Source of the DNA: a virus
Taxonomy: Duplodnaviria; Caudoviricetes
Length of the DNA: 61,800 nt
Strand: one strand, 5' to 3'
IMG/VR virus record: IMGVR_UViG_3300006789_000022
Location: 1-61,800 of that record
Within the stretch, counting starts at the first letter, position 1. Each line of letters begins with the position of its first letter. Of the stretch, positions 8,346 to 16,355 are shown piece by piece. The notes below the pieces were generated by a model, which saw only the letters and a program-made list of their open reading frames with translations, was not told where the DNA came from and did not search any database. The position numbers were made by a program, and so were the translations under genes.

Positions 8346-10117
8346 TTCGTGTAGCGGGTTAGTATTGCCCCTTCAGCCGCGAGCGGGATGTCAGCAATCC
8401 ATTCCGGTGGGGTGGACATGATGCTCAGGATGTCGGCCAGCGCGGCGTCTGCCTTGTCGGCGTCTGATTCCACCACGATCTCATCGTGAACGTGCATGAT
8501 GACGTTATGCCCCGCAGCAGCCACCCTGACAAGCATGTCCGAAAAAATATCTCGGGCCAGAGCCTGCGAAGCATTCTCAGCTATAAACCCGCCCCACAAT
8601 TTGATGGGGATCATCTTGGCCCCCTTGGGGAAGTGGGCTGTGTGTTGTGTCCGGCCCCCTTCAACTTTGTCTGCGGAAATCAAACCGTAGTCCAGCACTC
8701 TCCCGCTCGGTAGATCCACCGTGAACGGTGTGGGCATTCCCTGCTCCGATAGGTTATATGCGCCTACAATGTCGTTGTTGAATTCTCGCCATAGTTTTGT
8801 CACTGAATCCATTGAGCTACGATAAAGATCGACTGCCGCGTTTGCCTCTTTCTGTGTCATTCCCGACATGTCTGCAAACCGTTGTTTCCCTGCCCCATAA
8901 CCACACCCCAAAACCATCGCCTTAATTTTGTGCCTGAGTTTGGGGTCTTGCTTGAGCGGCCCGTTCTCTTTCTCCCACCGACCAAACCGGATCGCAAAGG
9001 CTTCATAAATATCATCACACTCCTCGATCTCCGTGAGCATGTTCCCGTCCCCAGCCAGCCAGCATAATGTCCGCACCTCGATCTGGCTCAGGTCGGCCAC
9101 CACTAACCTCTTATCTTCTTTTGTAGATATGAGGTGTCGGAGGTTGATCCCGAACATTTCCTCCCTTGGCAGGTTCTGGAGGTTCAGGTTTCCCCCACTC
9201 CCACTGAACCGCCCAGTGTGCGCTCCAAAATACATGAACCCTCCGTAGTATCTCCCGTCAGGCATGGTGGCTACGTCGAAGCTCTCGACCTTCTTTTTGA
9301 GTGCGTTGATTCGCCTCCAGTTCTGCGTGGCCTCAATCCAGTCGTGCTTCTGACTGTTGTATTCAATCCACTTCTTGCTCTCTGGGTTGGTCTTCGCCAG
9401 ACTCGCAGGCGGTTCCAGTCCGACCTTCTGGCACTCCTCGTCAAACGCAGCGCGGCTAAGGAGAGGTTTGCTTCCGAGCCACGGGATATTGGACTCGGCC
9501 TCAAACAACTTCTCGTTGATGGTCTCCAGTTGTTTCTTCAAGAGGTCCGTGTCGATAGGGATTCCTCCCTGACAGATCCTCCGGTTCAGGGTGCTAATAA
9601 CCCGTTCCTCCTCCGGCCAGCGGTCACCGAACTCCTCCCACAAGCGGAGACAAAGCTCGGCGTCCTTGATCGCGTATGCACTGACCTCTTCGCGGAACTC
9701 GTCCGTCATCGACTCCCACCTCTTTCCGCTCATGTTGTCGCGGGTGGACTTGTCGATTTCTAATCCAAAAGCTGCATGACTCGCTCCCTTGAGCGAGCGA
9801 GGAAGGCGGCAATACGCCGCAAGGTCCGCCGTGCAATGCCATTCGGCTGGTTGGACTTCTGGCCACCACGATTGGGCCGTGCCATGTAGATATAAGGTTT
9901 CATCGAATGATGCGTTGTGGCTCAGGGCCGTATTACCAATAAGTAAATTCCAGTTAAACTTTTTGGGGTGTCCGACGAACTCCGTGCCGTCGGTTCCTTT
10001 TACCGTCAACAGGTAGGCGTCGAAGTCTGGGTGAGAGAAGTAGCCCAGTGGGCCGAGCGTCTTTATGCTGCACCTTTTGTCGTAGTAAGTTTCGTAGTCG
10101 AGAGCGTAGGTTTCCAT
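8342..10117 (-). CDS. polA: DNA polymerase family A with 3'-5' exonuclease
   Basis: ExoI LDYET, HNASFD, TGRFSG, NLQNLP, motif A ADLSQIEVR, motif B KAMVLGCGYG, motif C HVHDEIV. Confidence 0.95.
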   Translation of the reverse strand: METYALDYETYYDKRCSIKTLGPLGYFSHPDFDAYLLTVKGTDGTEFVGHPKKFNWNLLIGNTALSHNASFDETLYLHGTAQSWWPEVQPAEWHCTADLAAYCRLPRSLKGASHAAFGLEIDKSTRDNMSGKRWESMTDEFREEVSAYAIKDAELCLRLWEEFGDRWPEEERVISTLNRRICQGGIPIDTDLLKKQLETINEKLFEAESNIPWLGSKPLLSRAAFDEECQKVGLEPPASLAKTNPESKKWIEYNSQKHDWIEATQNWRRINALKKKVESFDVATMPDGRYYGGFMYFGAHTGRFSGSGGNLNLQNLPREEMFGINLRHLISTKEDKRLVVADLSQIEVRTLCWLAGDGNMLTEIEECDDIYEAFAIRFGRWEKENGPLKQDPKLRHKIKAMVLGCGYGAGKQRFADMSGMTQKEANAAVDLYRSSMDSVTKLWREFNNDIVGAYNLSEQGMPTPFTVDLPSGRVLDYGLISADKVEGGRTQHTAHFPKGAKMIPIKLWGGFIAENASQALARDIFSDMLVRVAAAGHNVIMHVHDEIVVESDADKADAALADILSIMSTPPEWIADIPLAAEGAILTRYTK

Positions 10118-10123
10118 GGTTCC

Positions 10124-10168
10124 AAAAAGAAGCCCCCACCGATAGTTACCAGATCAGTGGGGGCTTTT
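10124..10168 (-). terminator. Intrinsic terminator immediately upstream of polA
   Basis: Minus strand AAGCCCCCACTGAT-loop-ATCGGTGGGGGCTT followed by CTTTTT. Confidence 0.7.
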
Positions 10169-10275
10169 AAGTGCGGTGGCTTTTATGCGATTACCACCAA
10201 GGCGATGCTTTAACCAGAACAGTTAGAGAACACTACCGAGTAAACTCCGACTGCCCCGCCGCAATACCTGATCTG

Positions 10276-10512
10276 TTACTCCTCCTCCTTGACCACATCA
10301 ACTTCTTCCCCGTCCATGACAAGCGTCAGGTCTAACTGGTTCCTGTCTTCAGTTGGAAGGGACATGCCGATGGCACCAGCCAATGCGGCTCGGATGGAGA
10401 TGAGCTTGTGCTTACTTTCGTAGGCCGTATTGATGGAGTTGTCGAGTTCGTCGATCATACCACTAAGCATGACGACTTCCTCCTCCACTGTCTTTTCGTC
10501 GAAGTCAGCCAC
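10276..10512 (-). CDS. Acidic hypothetical protein (78 aa)
   Basis: Coupled to the upstream SSB-like ORF. Confidence 0.6.
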   Translation of the reverse strand: MADFDEKTVEEEVVMLSGMIDELDNSINTAYESKHKLISIRAALAGAIGMSLPTEDRNQLDLTLVMDGEEVDVVKEEE

Positions 10513-11147
10513 TACCTTGCAAAGTTATTGGTGAACTTCTGAACAGCCTCACTGGTCTCCTTGTCGGTGAATGTGAGGGACGGAGCATACCACGAATACT
10601 TGCCGCGAGAGATGAGCGAGGACGTAAAGTCCCAGTATCTCGTCGAGGGAGGTGTTTCGGGGTTGAACAGGGTAAACGTAGCCAGCCTTTTGAAAGTCTG
10701 GCGATACGCGTCCTTGGCGACGTTGATGCGACCAAGGGCGTAGAGTTTATCCCCGATAGGGAACGGGTAGGCGGCCCCTACATCCGTCTTGTCCGGCTTC
10801 TCAAAGAGAAGCGTGATGTCCGCGAACTCCAGCATTGGGTAGTCCGAGGTCTTGGCGATCTCGTCCCGCTCCTCCTGAGAGTGAGCGATGCGAGGCATCT
10901 CATCATCGTCGTAGGGAATGTCTTCCCGCCAGCCCTTGATCACGGAGATCGGGATGGTCACAACAGCCGTCTCCGGCTCTGCGATAACGAACTGTTTATC
11001 CAGAACGATGGACCCAAAGGGCGCGTCGATCTCGGATGTTTTTTGCACAACATTGATCCGTGGAATCTCAATGTCCGAGGGCTCTATCATCATGCTCGCT
11101 GGGGACATGATTTCCGTTGCCGGAGCTTCCTTAATTTTCCCTGCCAT
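10512..11147 (-). CDS. Putative ssDNA-binding/annealing protein
   Basis: Between Cas4-like nuclease and polA; DIEIPRINVVQKTS N-terminus and KYSWYAP C-terminus resemble phage SSB-like proteins in this context. Confidence 0.55.
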   Translation of the reverse strand: MAGKIKEAPATEIMSPASMMIEPSDIEIPRINVVQKTSEIDAPFGSIVLDKQFVIAEPETAVVTIPISVIKGWREDIPYDDDEMPRIAHSQEERDEIAKTSDYPMLEFADITLLFEKPDKTDVGAAYPFPIGDKLYALGRINVAKDAYRQTFKRLATFTLFNPETPPSTRYWDFTSSLISRGKYSWYAPSLTFTDKETSEAVQKFTNNFAR

Positions 11148-11174
11148 TTCTTTTTGTGTTTCGTGTTTCGTTGA

Positions 11175-12293
11175 TTAGGAGAGGGTGTGCCTCGCCTGAG
11201 ATGTGGTGACTATACCTGCTTCCACGCAGGCGTCAACAAATTCTTTAGAAATTCTTTTCTGATCTTCTTTTGCCCCCTTGGCTCCCACCGCCTTGGCGAG
11301 CTTTGCGACGGGCAAGTTAGCTGCTTCCAGCACCTCTTCCTTGTCCAAGCCGAACTGCTCCGCGATCTCCACCAGCCCCATGTTATCTTCCACCCGCTTG
11401 GTGGCCCCCATGTTCCTTAGACGTAAAGTAGGAAACTCAATACCGTTCTTAGCCATGTCCACGGCCCTCTTCTTCAGGCGGTCAGCCCAGTTGGAAACCA
11501 TCTTTGCGATGACCCATAGCTGTTCGACTACTTCGGGGTCTTCCACTTCATCGAGGTCAACGTCCGGCAGATCAGTATTGATCTTCTTGGCCACAGAAAC
11601 CACTAACCCACCTAGCGCGGGGCAAGCATCTTCGTGACGGCAGAACCGACAGTTCACTGTGGGGGTTAGGTCGGATAGCTCCGGTGTGCCGTCGTTCCAT
11701 TTAGGCCGGACTTCTTCTGCTTTCTTGATTGTCTCGGACAGTTTCCTGACAAGGGCGGGGATGTCTTCCCGCGTGAACGTGTGAAACAGCGTCTCGTTCC
11801 GAACGGGGACGTAGAATACAAACGTGATCTCGTCCAATTCTGGGAACCGCTGAAACGTGCCTACGGTGTAAGCCTGCGCCTGCCAGTTTTTTTCCGGTGG
11901 GTCGATCATTGAGATCCCCGTTTTGTAATCCGCTTGGATTGCTGTGTTGTCGTCAAAAACAGTCAAGCGGTCACACGTTCCCCAAGTTTCTGTCCCTTCC
12001 AGTTCAACGGTCAACTGGATCTCCTTGAAATCTTCGGTCTGCTTTCTCCCACTTTGGGCGTAGTTGGCGAGGAATGCTTCTTCCTCCTCCATTATCTGCT
12101 CATAGATTGAAACCTCTTCTTCGCTTTGGAGGTTGGAGGTGTCGTTTATTTCTAACGCCTCGTGTATCCGTGTCCCCTTTTCGGCAGCCGCGTTTGTTCC
12201 GCTTCTCCCGTGATACCCCGCACATCCTGCTACATACTTGAGCGATGATGGGGAGAATTCAGCGTGGTCTCTATCAGAGTGACTGTCTGGCAT
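11175..12293 (-). CDS. Cas4-like/DUF2800-type PD-(D/E)XK exonuclease
   Basis: HAEFSPSS..C, GT.IH, WGTCD, DYKTG, QAQAY and CRFCRHEDAC. Start moved from 12383 to ATG 12293 because of the upstream RuvC ORF and promoter. Confidence 0.8.
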   Translation of the reverse strand: MPDSHSDRDHAEFSPSSLKYVAGCAGYHGRSGTNAAAEKGTRIHEALEINDTSNLQSEEEVSIYEQIMEEEEAFLANYAQSGRKQTEDFKEIQLTVELEGTETWGTCDRLTVFDDNTAIQADYKTGISMIDPPEKNWQAQAYTVGTFQRFPELDEITFVFYVPVRNETLFHTFTREDIPALVRKLSETIKKAEEVRPKWNDGTPELSDLTPTVNCRFCRHEDACPALGGLVVSVAKKINTDLPDVDLDEVEDPEVVEQLWVIAKMVSNWADRLKKRAVDMAKNGIEFPTLRLRNMGATKRVEDNMGLVEIAEQFGLDKEEVLEAANLPVAKLAKAVGAKGAKEDQKRISKEFVDACVEAGIVTTSQARHTLS

Positions 12294-12328
12294 GGGGGCG
12301 ACTATACACCCTTCTGGCGGCCTGTCAA
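12294..12328 (-). promoter_or_regulatory. Sigma70-type promoter, leaderless-type, for the nuclease-SSB operon
   Basis: TTGACA-16 bp-TATAGT-7 nt-ATG on the minus strand. Confidence 0.6.
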
Positions 12329-12814
12329 AATATATTGAGCAATTAAATACGCGTCGATCATTCCGTCGTGTGGGGTGCGACACCTTTTGTTCTTCAGCCA
12401 GTTCTCGGCGGGGGATAGCTGCTCGGCTAATTTCATGGCCGCTATTTTGGTTTGCCCTTTCGGGACGTTACCTAGCATTTCTTTTTGCCACTTATGGACC
12501 GACACCCGCACGAGGTCATACCCCTTCACCTCGGCCATCCCTACGATCTTGCCGAAGCTCATGGCCATAGAGCGGACGGCCTGCGAACTTTTCGCATGGG
12601 CTAGAGGTTCTTCTACCGCCAGCGTGAACGGTGTGTTCAGGTTGACTAGCCACTCGTTGATCTTGGCCGTGGCCACTTCCCGCTTCTTGCTTCGCTGCAT
12701 CGTGGGCATAGCGATCTTGTCAATGACCCCGCCGTCAAATGCGGAGATTGCACAGAGGCCCCCATCTAGTCCGTTGTCTACTCCGACAATCACTGGCGCA
12801 TACCCTTCAGGCAT
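12302..12814 (-). CDS. RuvC-like Holliday junction resolvase
   Basis: IVGVDNGLDGG, LAVEE, SFG, WQK and HDGMIDAYLIA. Confidence 0.85.
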   Translation of the reverse strand: MPEGYAPVIVGVDNGLDGGLCAISAFDGGVIDKIAMPTMQRSKKREVATAKINEWLVNLNTPFTLAVEEPLAHAKSSQAVRSMAMSFGKIVGMAEVKGYDLVRVSVHKWQKEMLGNVPKGQTKIAAMKLAEQLSPAENWLKNKRCRTPHDGMIDAYLIAQYILTGRQKGV

Positions 12815-13071
12815 GAAGGGGATATGATTAGACCGTCACCACTCTCGGGCGTGAACACAACATAATTCTTGCCCAGCCCCTGAAGGAAGAACACTTCGCG
12901 GGCGGTGTGTGGAGTCACCCGAAAGAAGACCCCCACCAGTTTGCGGTGAGAAAATGAGAAGTCATTCTTGGTGGGGTGGTCTTCTCGGATCAAGACAGTG
13001 GGGTTTACCTCTACTGTCTTTTTTTCAAACAGGGGAGCCATAGCTACAAGGACGTTGAGTCGAGGAAACAC
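12790..13071 (-). CDS. Hypothetical protein
   Basis: ORF tiled within the minus-strand operon; likely start at the internal MAPLF. Confidence 0.5.
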   Translation of the reverse strand: MFPRLNVLVAMAPLFEKKTVEVNPTVLIREDHPTKNDFSFSHRKLVGVFFRVTPHTAREVFFLQGLGKNYVVFTPESGDGLIISPSCLKGMRQ

Positions 13072-13412
13072 GGGGTGTTCGGCCCAAGGTCACAGGACTT
13101 CAACTGGTCGAGCGCCATTTCGACTTCCCTTTTGTTCAGCCCGTGCTTCTCCTTGAGGATAATCTTGGTCCCTGCAATCGAGTAGCAGGCGACGGGCGGG
13201 TTGCGCGGGTGCTCGACAATGCCAATATAGGCGTCCCTGAGTTCGCTAAACAACATGACTCCCCCAACCGAATCTTTTTTGGTCTTTTCGGCTTCTTCCG
13301 AGAACCCCGCATAACAAGTGGGGTCAGCTTGTCGGTAAAAATATGGGTCGTCCGACGGGTTGTATTTCGCTCCGTCGAATTCAGGCGCACCGGAGTTCAA
13401 GTCGTAAATCAT
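13044..13412 (-). CDS. Hypothetical protein (122 aa)
   Basis: Coupled (TGATG) to the upstream HTH ORF. Confidence 0.6.
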   Translation of the reverse strand: MIYDLNSGAPEFDGAKYNPSDDPYFYRQADPTCYAGFSEEAEKTKKDSVGGVMLFSELRDAYIGIVEHPRNPPVACYSIAGTKIILKEKHGLNKREVEMALDQLKSCDLGPNTPCFLDSTSL

Positions 13413-13978
13413 CAGTCTAAGTCAATGATGGGTTTTACGGCTCCCTCCCCACGGTCGGCTTTCGTATTGTTTAAGATGGAGATGTCTATCTGCATCTTGC
13501 CTCCTCCGTTCTTCGCGTTGAGTCCGAGGTTACGGCGGATGAACTGGTCAAGCTCCGACAACTCGCGGACTGTCTTGGCGGGGCGTAGGTTCTTCACGCT
13601 ATCCCGCATGAGCTTGATGCCTGTCGCGGCAGCGTAGTGCTGGTATTTATCGGCGGGGCTGGATTGTCGTTCCGCGATTTCCAAGATCGCCGCGTCTTCT
13701 TCCTGTCGTGCGTCGTGGCTTGCGCGAAGGATCGCCTCGTCCGTGGTGGATTCAAGCTGCTGGTCTATTGCCCCCGCTAGTTCATCTGCTGGGGCTTCCG
13801 GCGCAGGCTCGTGTGGGCGCAACCCGTTTTTCTTCGCGGGTATGCCTAACTTTTTGAACCACCTCCGCACCGTGCCGGGGTGAACCCCTAGCTCTTTGGC
13901 AATGGAAACGGTTTTCCAGTCTGCCTTATACATCGTCAGGGCGCGTTGCTGGAGACTGTCTTTAGGTTTGTCAGACAC
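13412..13978 (-). CDS. HTH DNA-binding protein, terminase small subunit candidate
   Basis: N-terminal HTH TVSIAKELGVHPGTVRRWFKK, helical middle, extended C-terminus; head-to-head with TerL. Confidence 0.55.
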   Translation of the reverse strand: MSDKPKDSLQQRALTMYKADWKTVSIAKELGVHPGTVRRWFKKLGIPAKKNGLRPHEPAPEAPADELAGAIDQQLESTTDEAILRASHDARQEEDAAILEIAERQSSPADKYQHYAAATGIKLMRDSVKNLRPAKTVRELSELDQFIRRNLGLNAKNGGGKMQIDISILNNTKADRGEGAVKPIIDLD

Positions 13979-14008
13979 TTTGGAAGGGCGTAATCTCTAT
14001 AATAGATT

Positions 14009-15796
14009 ATGGCGGTAAGCAGCCCATCCATCAAGCAGATACTCGATCCGCGAATCGACCCTAAAACAAAACGCATGGATGTCGGGGGGCTTTTAATTCC
14101 CCCCACCAGCTTGATCACCGCTTTGTTGTATGGGTTTGCTAATCACGAACACCTACGCGCAAAGGAGTATTACTTCTGGCGGGTATGCGACGAGCTATGG
14201 AACCATTCTGATCTTCCTGAAAAGTTAATGATCCGCCACCCGTGGGCCGAGCAAATGGTCTGGGCCGCGCTTAATAATAAATATCTGGCCATCGGGGGGT
14301 CTGCGTCATCTGGTAAGTCCCACACTATGGCCGCGTGGGGGATAGTTAACTGGTTGTCAAAACCAAAAGATACGTTGGTATTGATGACATCGACCACGTT
14401 GCGCGAGGCCCGCAAGAGGATCTGGGGATCGGTGATGTCATTACTATCGGTCATCGAGGGGGCTCCTATCAAGATTCGGGACTCCATTGGAAACGCAGCC
14501 TATGTGGATGAGAAAGGGATACTAATCGAACGGGCGGGTATTTCGCTCATCGCTGCCGAGAAATCTAAAACACGCGAGGCCGTGGGGAAATTTATCGGGA
14601 TCAAGCAAAAGAGGGTAATTTTGATTGGTGACGAGTTATCGGAATTGTCGGAAGCCATTCTTCAGGCAGGGCTATCCAACTTGTCCAAGAACCCTGAGTT
14701 CCAACTGATCGGCATGTCCAACCCGAACAGCCGATTCGACGCGTTCGGGATATGGTCGGAGCCGATCAACGGCTGGGACTCGGTGGATACCCACACAGCG
14801 GATGGGTGGCCCACGAAGTGGGGCGGGGATTACATCCGCCTCGATGGGGAACGCTCCCCTAACATAATAGCTGGGGAAGTCCTCTACCCTTGGCTCCCTA
14901 CTCAGGAAAAGGTTGACGAGGATAAGGGGCTACTCGGCCCCGAGTCTCGCGGCTACATGCGAATGATTCGCGCCATTTTCTTTGACTCTGACGAGACGAC
15001 GGGCATCTACGGCGAGAACGAACTGACCATGTCCAAGGCTATGTCCAAGGTCGAGTGGGAGGGAACCCCCATCCGTGTAGCCGGAATCGACCCCGCGTTC
15101 ACGAACGGAGGCGACCGGACAATCCTCTACACAGCCTCGGTGGGGTATGACAAATCAGGACAATACGTCATCGAGTTCGGGGAGGCTGTTCATTTGAACG
15201 ACGACGCCACCAACAAGGCGGTCCCTCGGACCTACCAGATTGTCAAACAGATCAAGGAACACTGCGAGAAGCGGAATATCCTCCCTGAGAATGTAGCAGT
15301 TGACGCGACGGGCGCAGGAGCACCTTTCTGCGATGTCCTCTCGGGCGAGTGGGGCAGCGGGTTCCTGCGAGTTAGCTTCGGTGGCAAGGCCAGCGACAAG
15401 CGGGTCAGCGCCAACAGTCGGTCGATAGGCACGGAGTTGTATGTGAACAGGGTCTCCGAGCTTTGGTTCGTGGGGAAAGAACTGATGAGGACGCGTCAAG
15501 TCTTTGGGGTGAATACGGATCTGGCCCAAGAGATCACCAGCCGAAACTACGACATGATCAAAAGCGGCACCCTGCGGGTTAAAATAGAATCCAAACCTGA
15601 ATTTAAGGCCCGCTTCGGACGCAGCCCCGACCTTGCTGATGCGGCGTTTCTGGCCCTTGACTGCGCCCGTCAGCGGCTTGGCCTCGTGGCGGTTGACCCG
15701 CCCGAGGAAGGGAAGGACGGACGCCCGCACCGTCGGACCACGATTAAGCAGTTGGGACAGGCATTACAGAACCGAGATGCGGTTTTGCTGGATTGA
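14009..15796 (+). CDS. terL: Terminase large subunit
   Basis: Walker A GSASSGKS, Walker B ILIGDE, coupling motif MSNP, RNase H-like GIDPA...GGD, VDATG and SPDLADA. Confidence 0.9.
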   Translation: MAVSSPSIKQILDPRIDPKTKRMDVGGLLIPPTSLITALLYGFANHEHLRAKEYYFWRVCDELWNHSDLPEKLMIRHPWAEQMVWAALNNKYLAIGGSASSGKSHTMAAWGIVNWLSKPKDTLVLMTSTTLREARKRIWGSVMSLLSVIEGAPIKIRDSIGNAAYVDEKGILIERAGISLIAAEKSKTREAVGKFIGIKQKRVILIGDELSELSEAILQAGLSNLSKNPEFQLIGMSNPNSRFDAFGIWSEPINGWDSVDTHTADGWPTKWGGDYIRLDGERSPNIIAGEVLYPWLPTQEKVDEDKGLLGPESRGYMRMIRAIFFDSDETTGIYGENELTMSKAMSKVEWEGTPIRVAGIDPAFTNGGDRTILYTASVGYDKSGQYVIEFGEAVHLNDDATNKAVPRTYQIVKQIKEHCEKRNILPENVAVDATGAGAPFCDVLSGEWGSGFLRVSFGGKASDKRVSANSRSIGTELYVNRVSELWFVGKELMRTRQVFGVNTDLAQEITSRNYDMIKSGTLRVKIESKPEFKARFGRSPDLADAAFLALDCARQRLGLVAVDPPEEGKDGRPHRRTTIKQLGQALQNRDAVLLD

Positions 15797-15821
15797 CAGT
15801 ATCCCCCTTAACCCATATTCT
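15793..15821 (+). promoter_or_regulatory. Sigma70-type promoter for the internal-protein operon
   Basis: TTGACA(15793)-17 bp-TATTCT(15816). Confidence 0.5.
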
Positions 15822-15846
15822 TGACACGCACTTTAGTCGATTTGGT

Positions 15847-16353
15847 ATGTCTGGATTTAAATTTTTTCGTGACCCAAGCCAACGTAATCGGGATGAACCG
15901 AGAGACCCTTTTAAGTCGGAGGATTGGACAGATTATGGTTCGCCCGATGATGAACGGCCCATAAAGTATTCTGCTCCTCCTCCTCAACTCCTGCCGGACC
16001 CGTTTACGGGCAAGCCAATAACGCAAGCCGATATTGACGCACAGGTGGACAGTTATGGGGAAGCCCCTGCCCCTGCCGCCCTACCCGCCGCGCCTGCTGC
16101 TGCCGCTGCACCTGCACCTGCTGCACCCGCACAGGAAAGAACGCTGCAACAAAAGTCTCTCATTAACCCCGAAAGGCAAAGGCAGGAAGCGTTGAGGAAA
16201 GCCAAGGAGGAGGCCGACGGCAAAAAAGCCGAGGCTACAAAAGGTCGCGGAGCAGGGCAAGGGCTTACAACTGGCGGGCTTTCAACCTACGGCAATCTCA
16301 GCGGGAGCGGCGGTTTTGGCAAACAGACAAAATTAAATCCAGCTAGGCGATAG
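15847..16353 (+). CDS. Pro/Ala-rich hypothetical, possible internal virion protein
   Basis: ORF-track frame 15793-16353; ATG 15847 preferred because the upstream TTG is the -35 box. Confidence 0.55.
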   Translation: MSGFKFFRDPSQRNRDEPRDPFKSEDWTDYGSPDDERPIKYSAPPPQLLPDPFTGKPITQADIDAQVDSYGEAPAPAALPAAPAAAAAPAPAAPAQERTLQQKSLINPERQRQEALRKAKEEADGKKAEATKGRGAGQGLTTGGLSTYGNLSGSGGFGKQTKLNPARR

Positions 16354-16355
16354 TT

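Noticed and set aside
11175-12293. Cas4 as evidence of a CRISPR system
   Set aside because: It is a stand-alone Cas4-like exonuclease in a standard phage replication block.
6186-15796. Inteins or introns in polA, primase or terL; diversity-generating retroelement; stop-codon recoding
   Set aside because: The proteins are of normal length with contiguous motifs, no reverse transcriptase is present, and genes tile well under the standard code.
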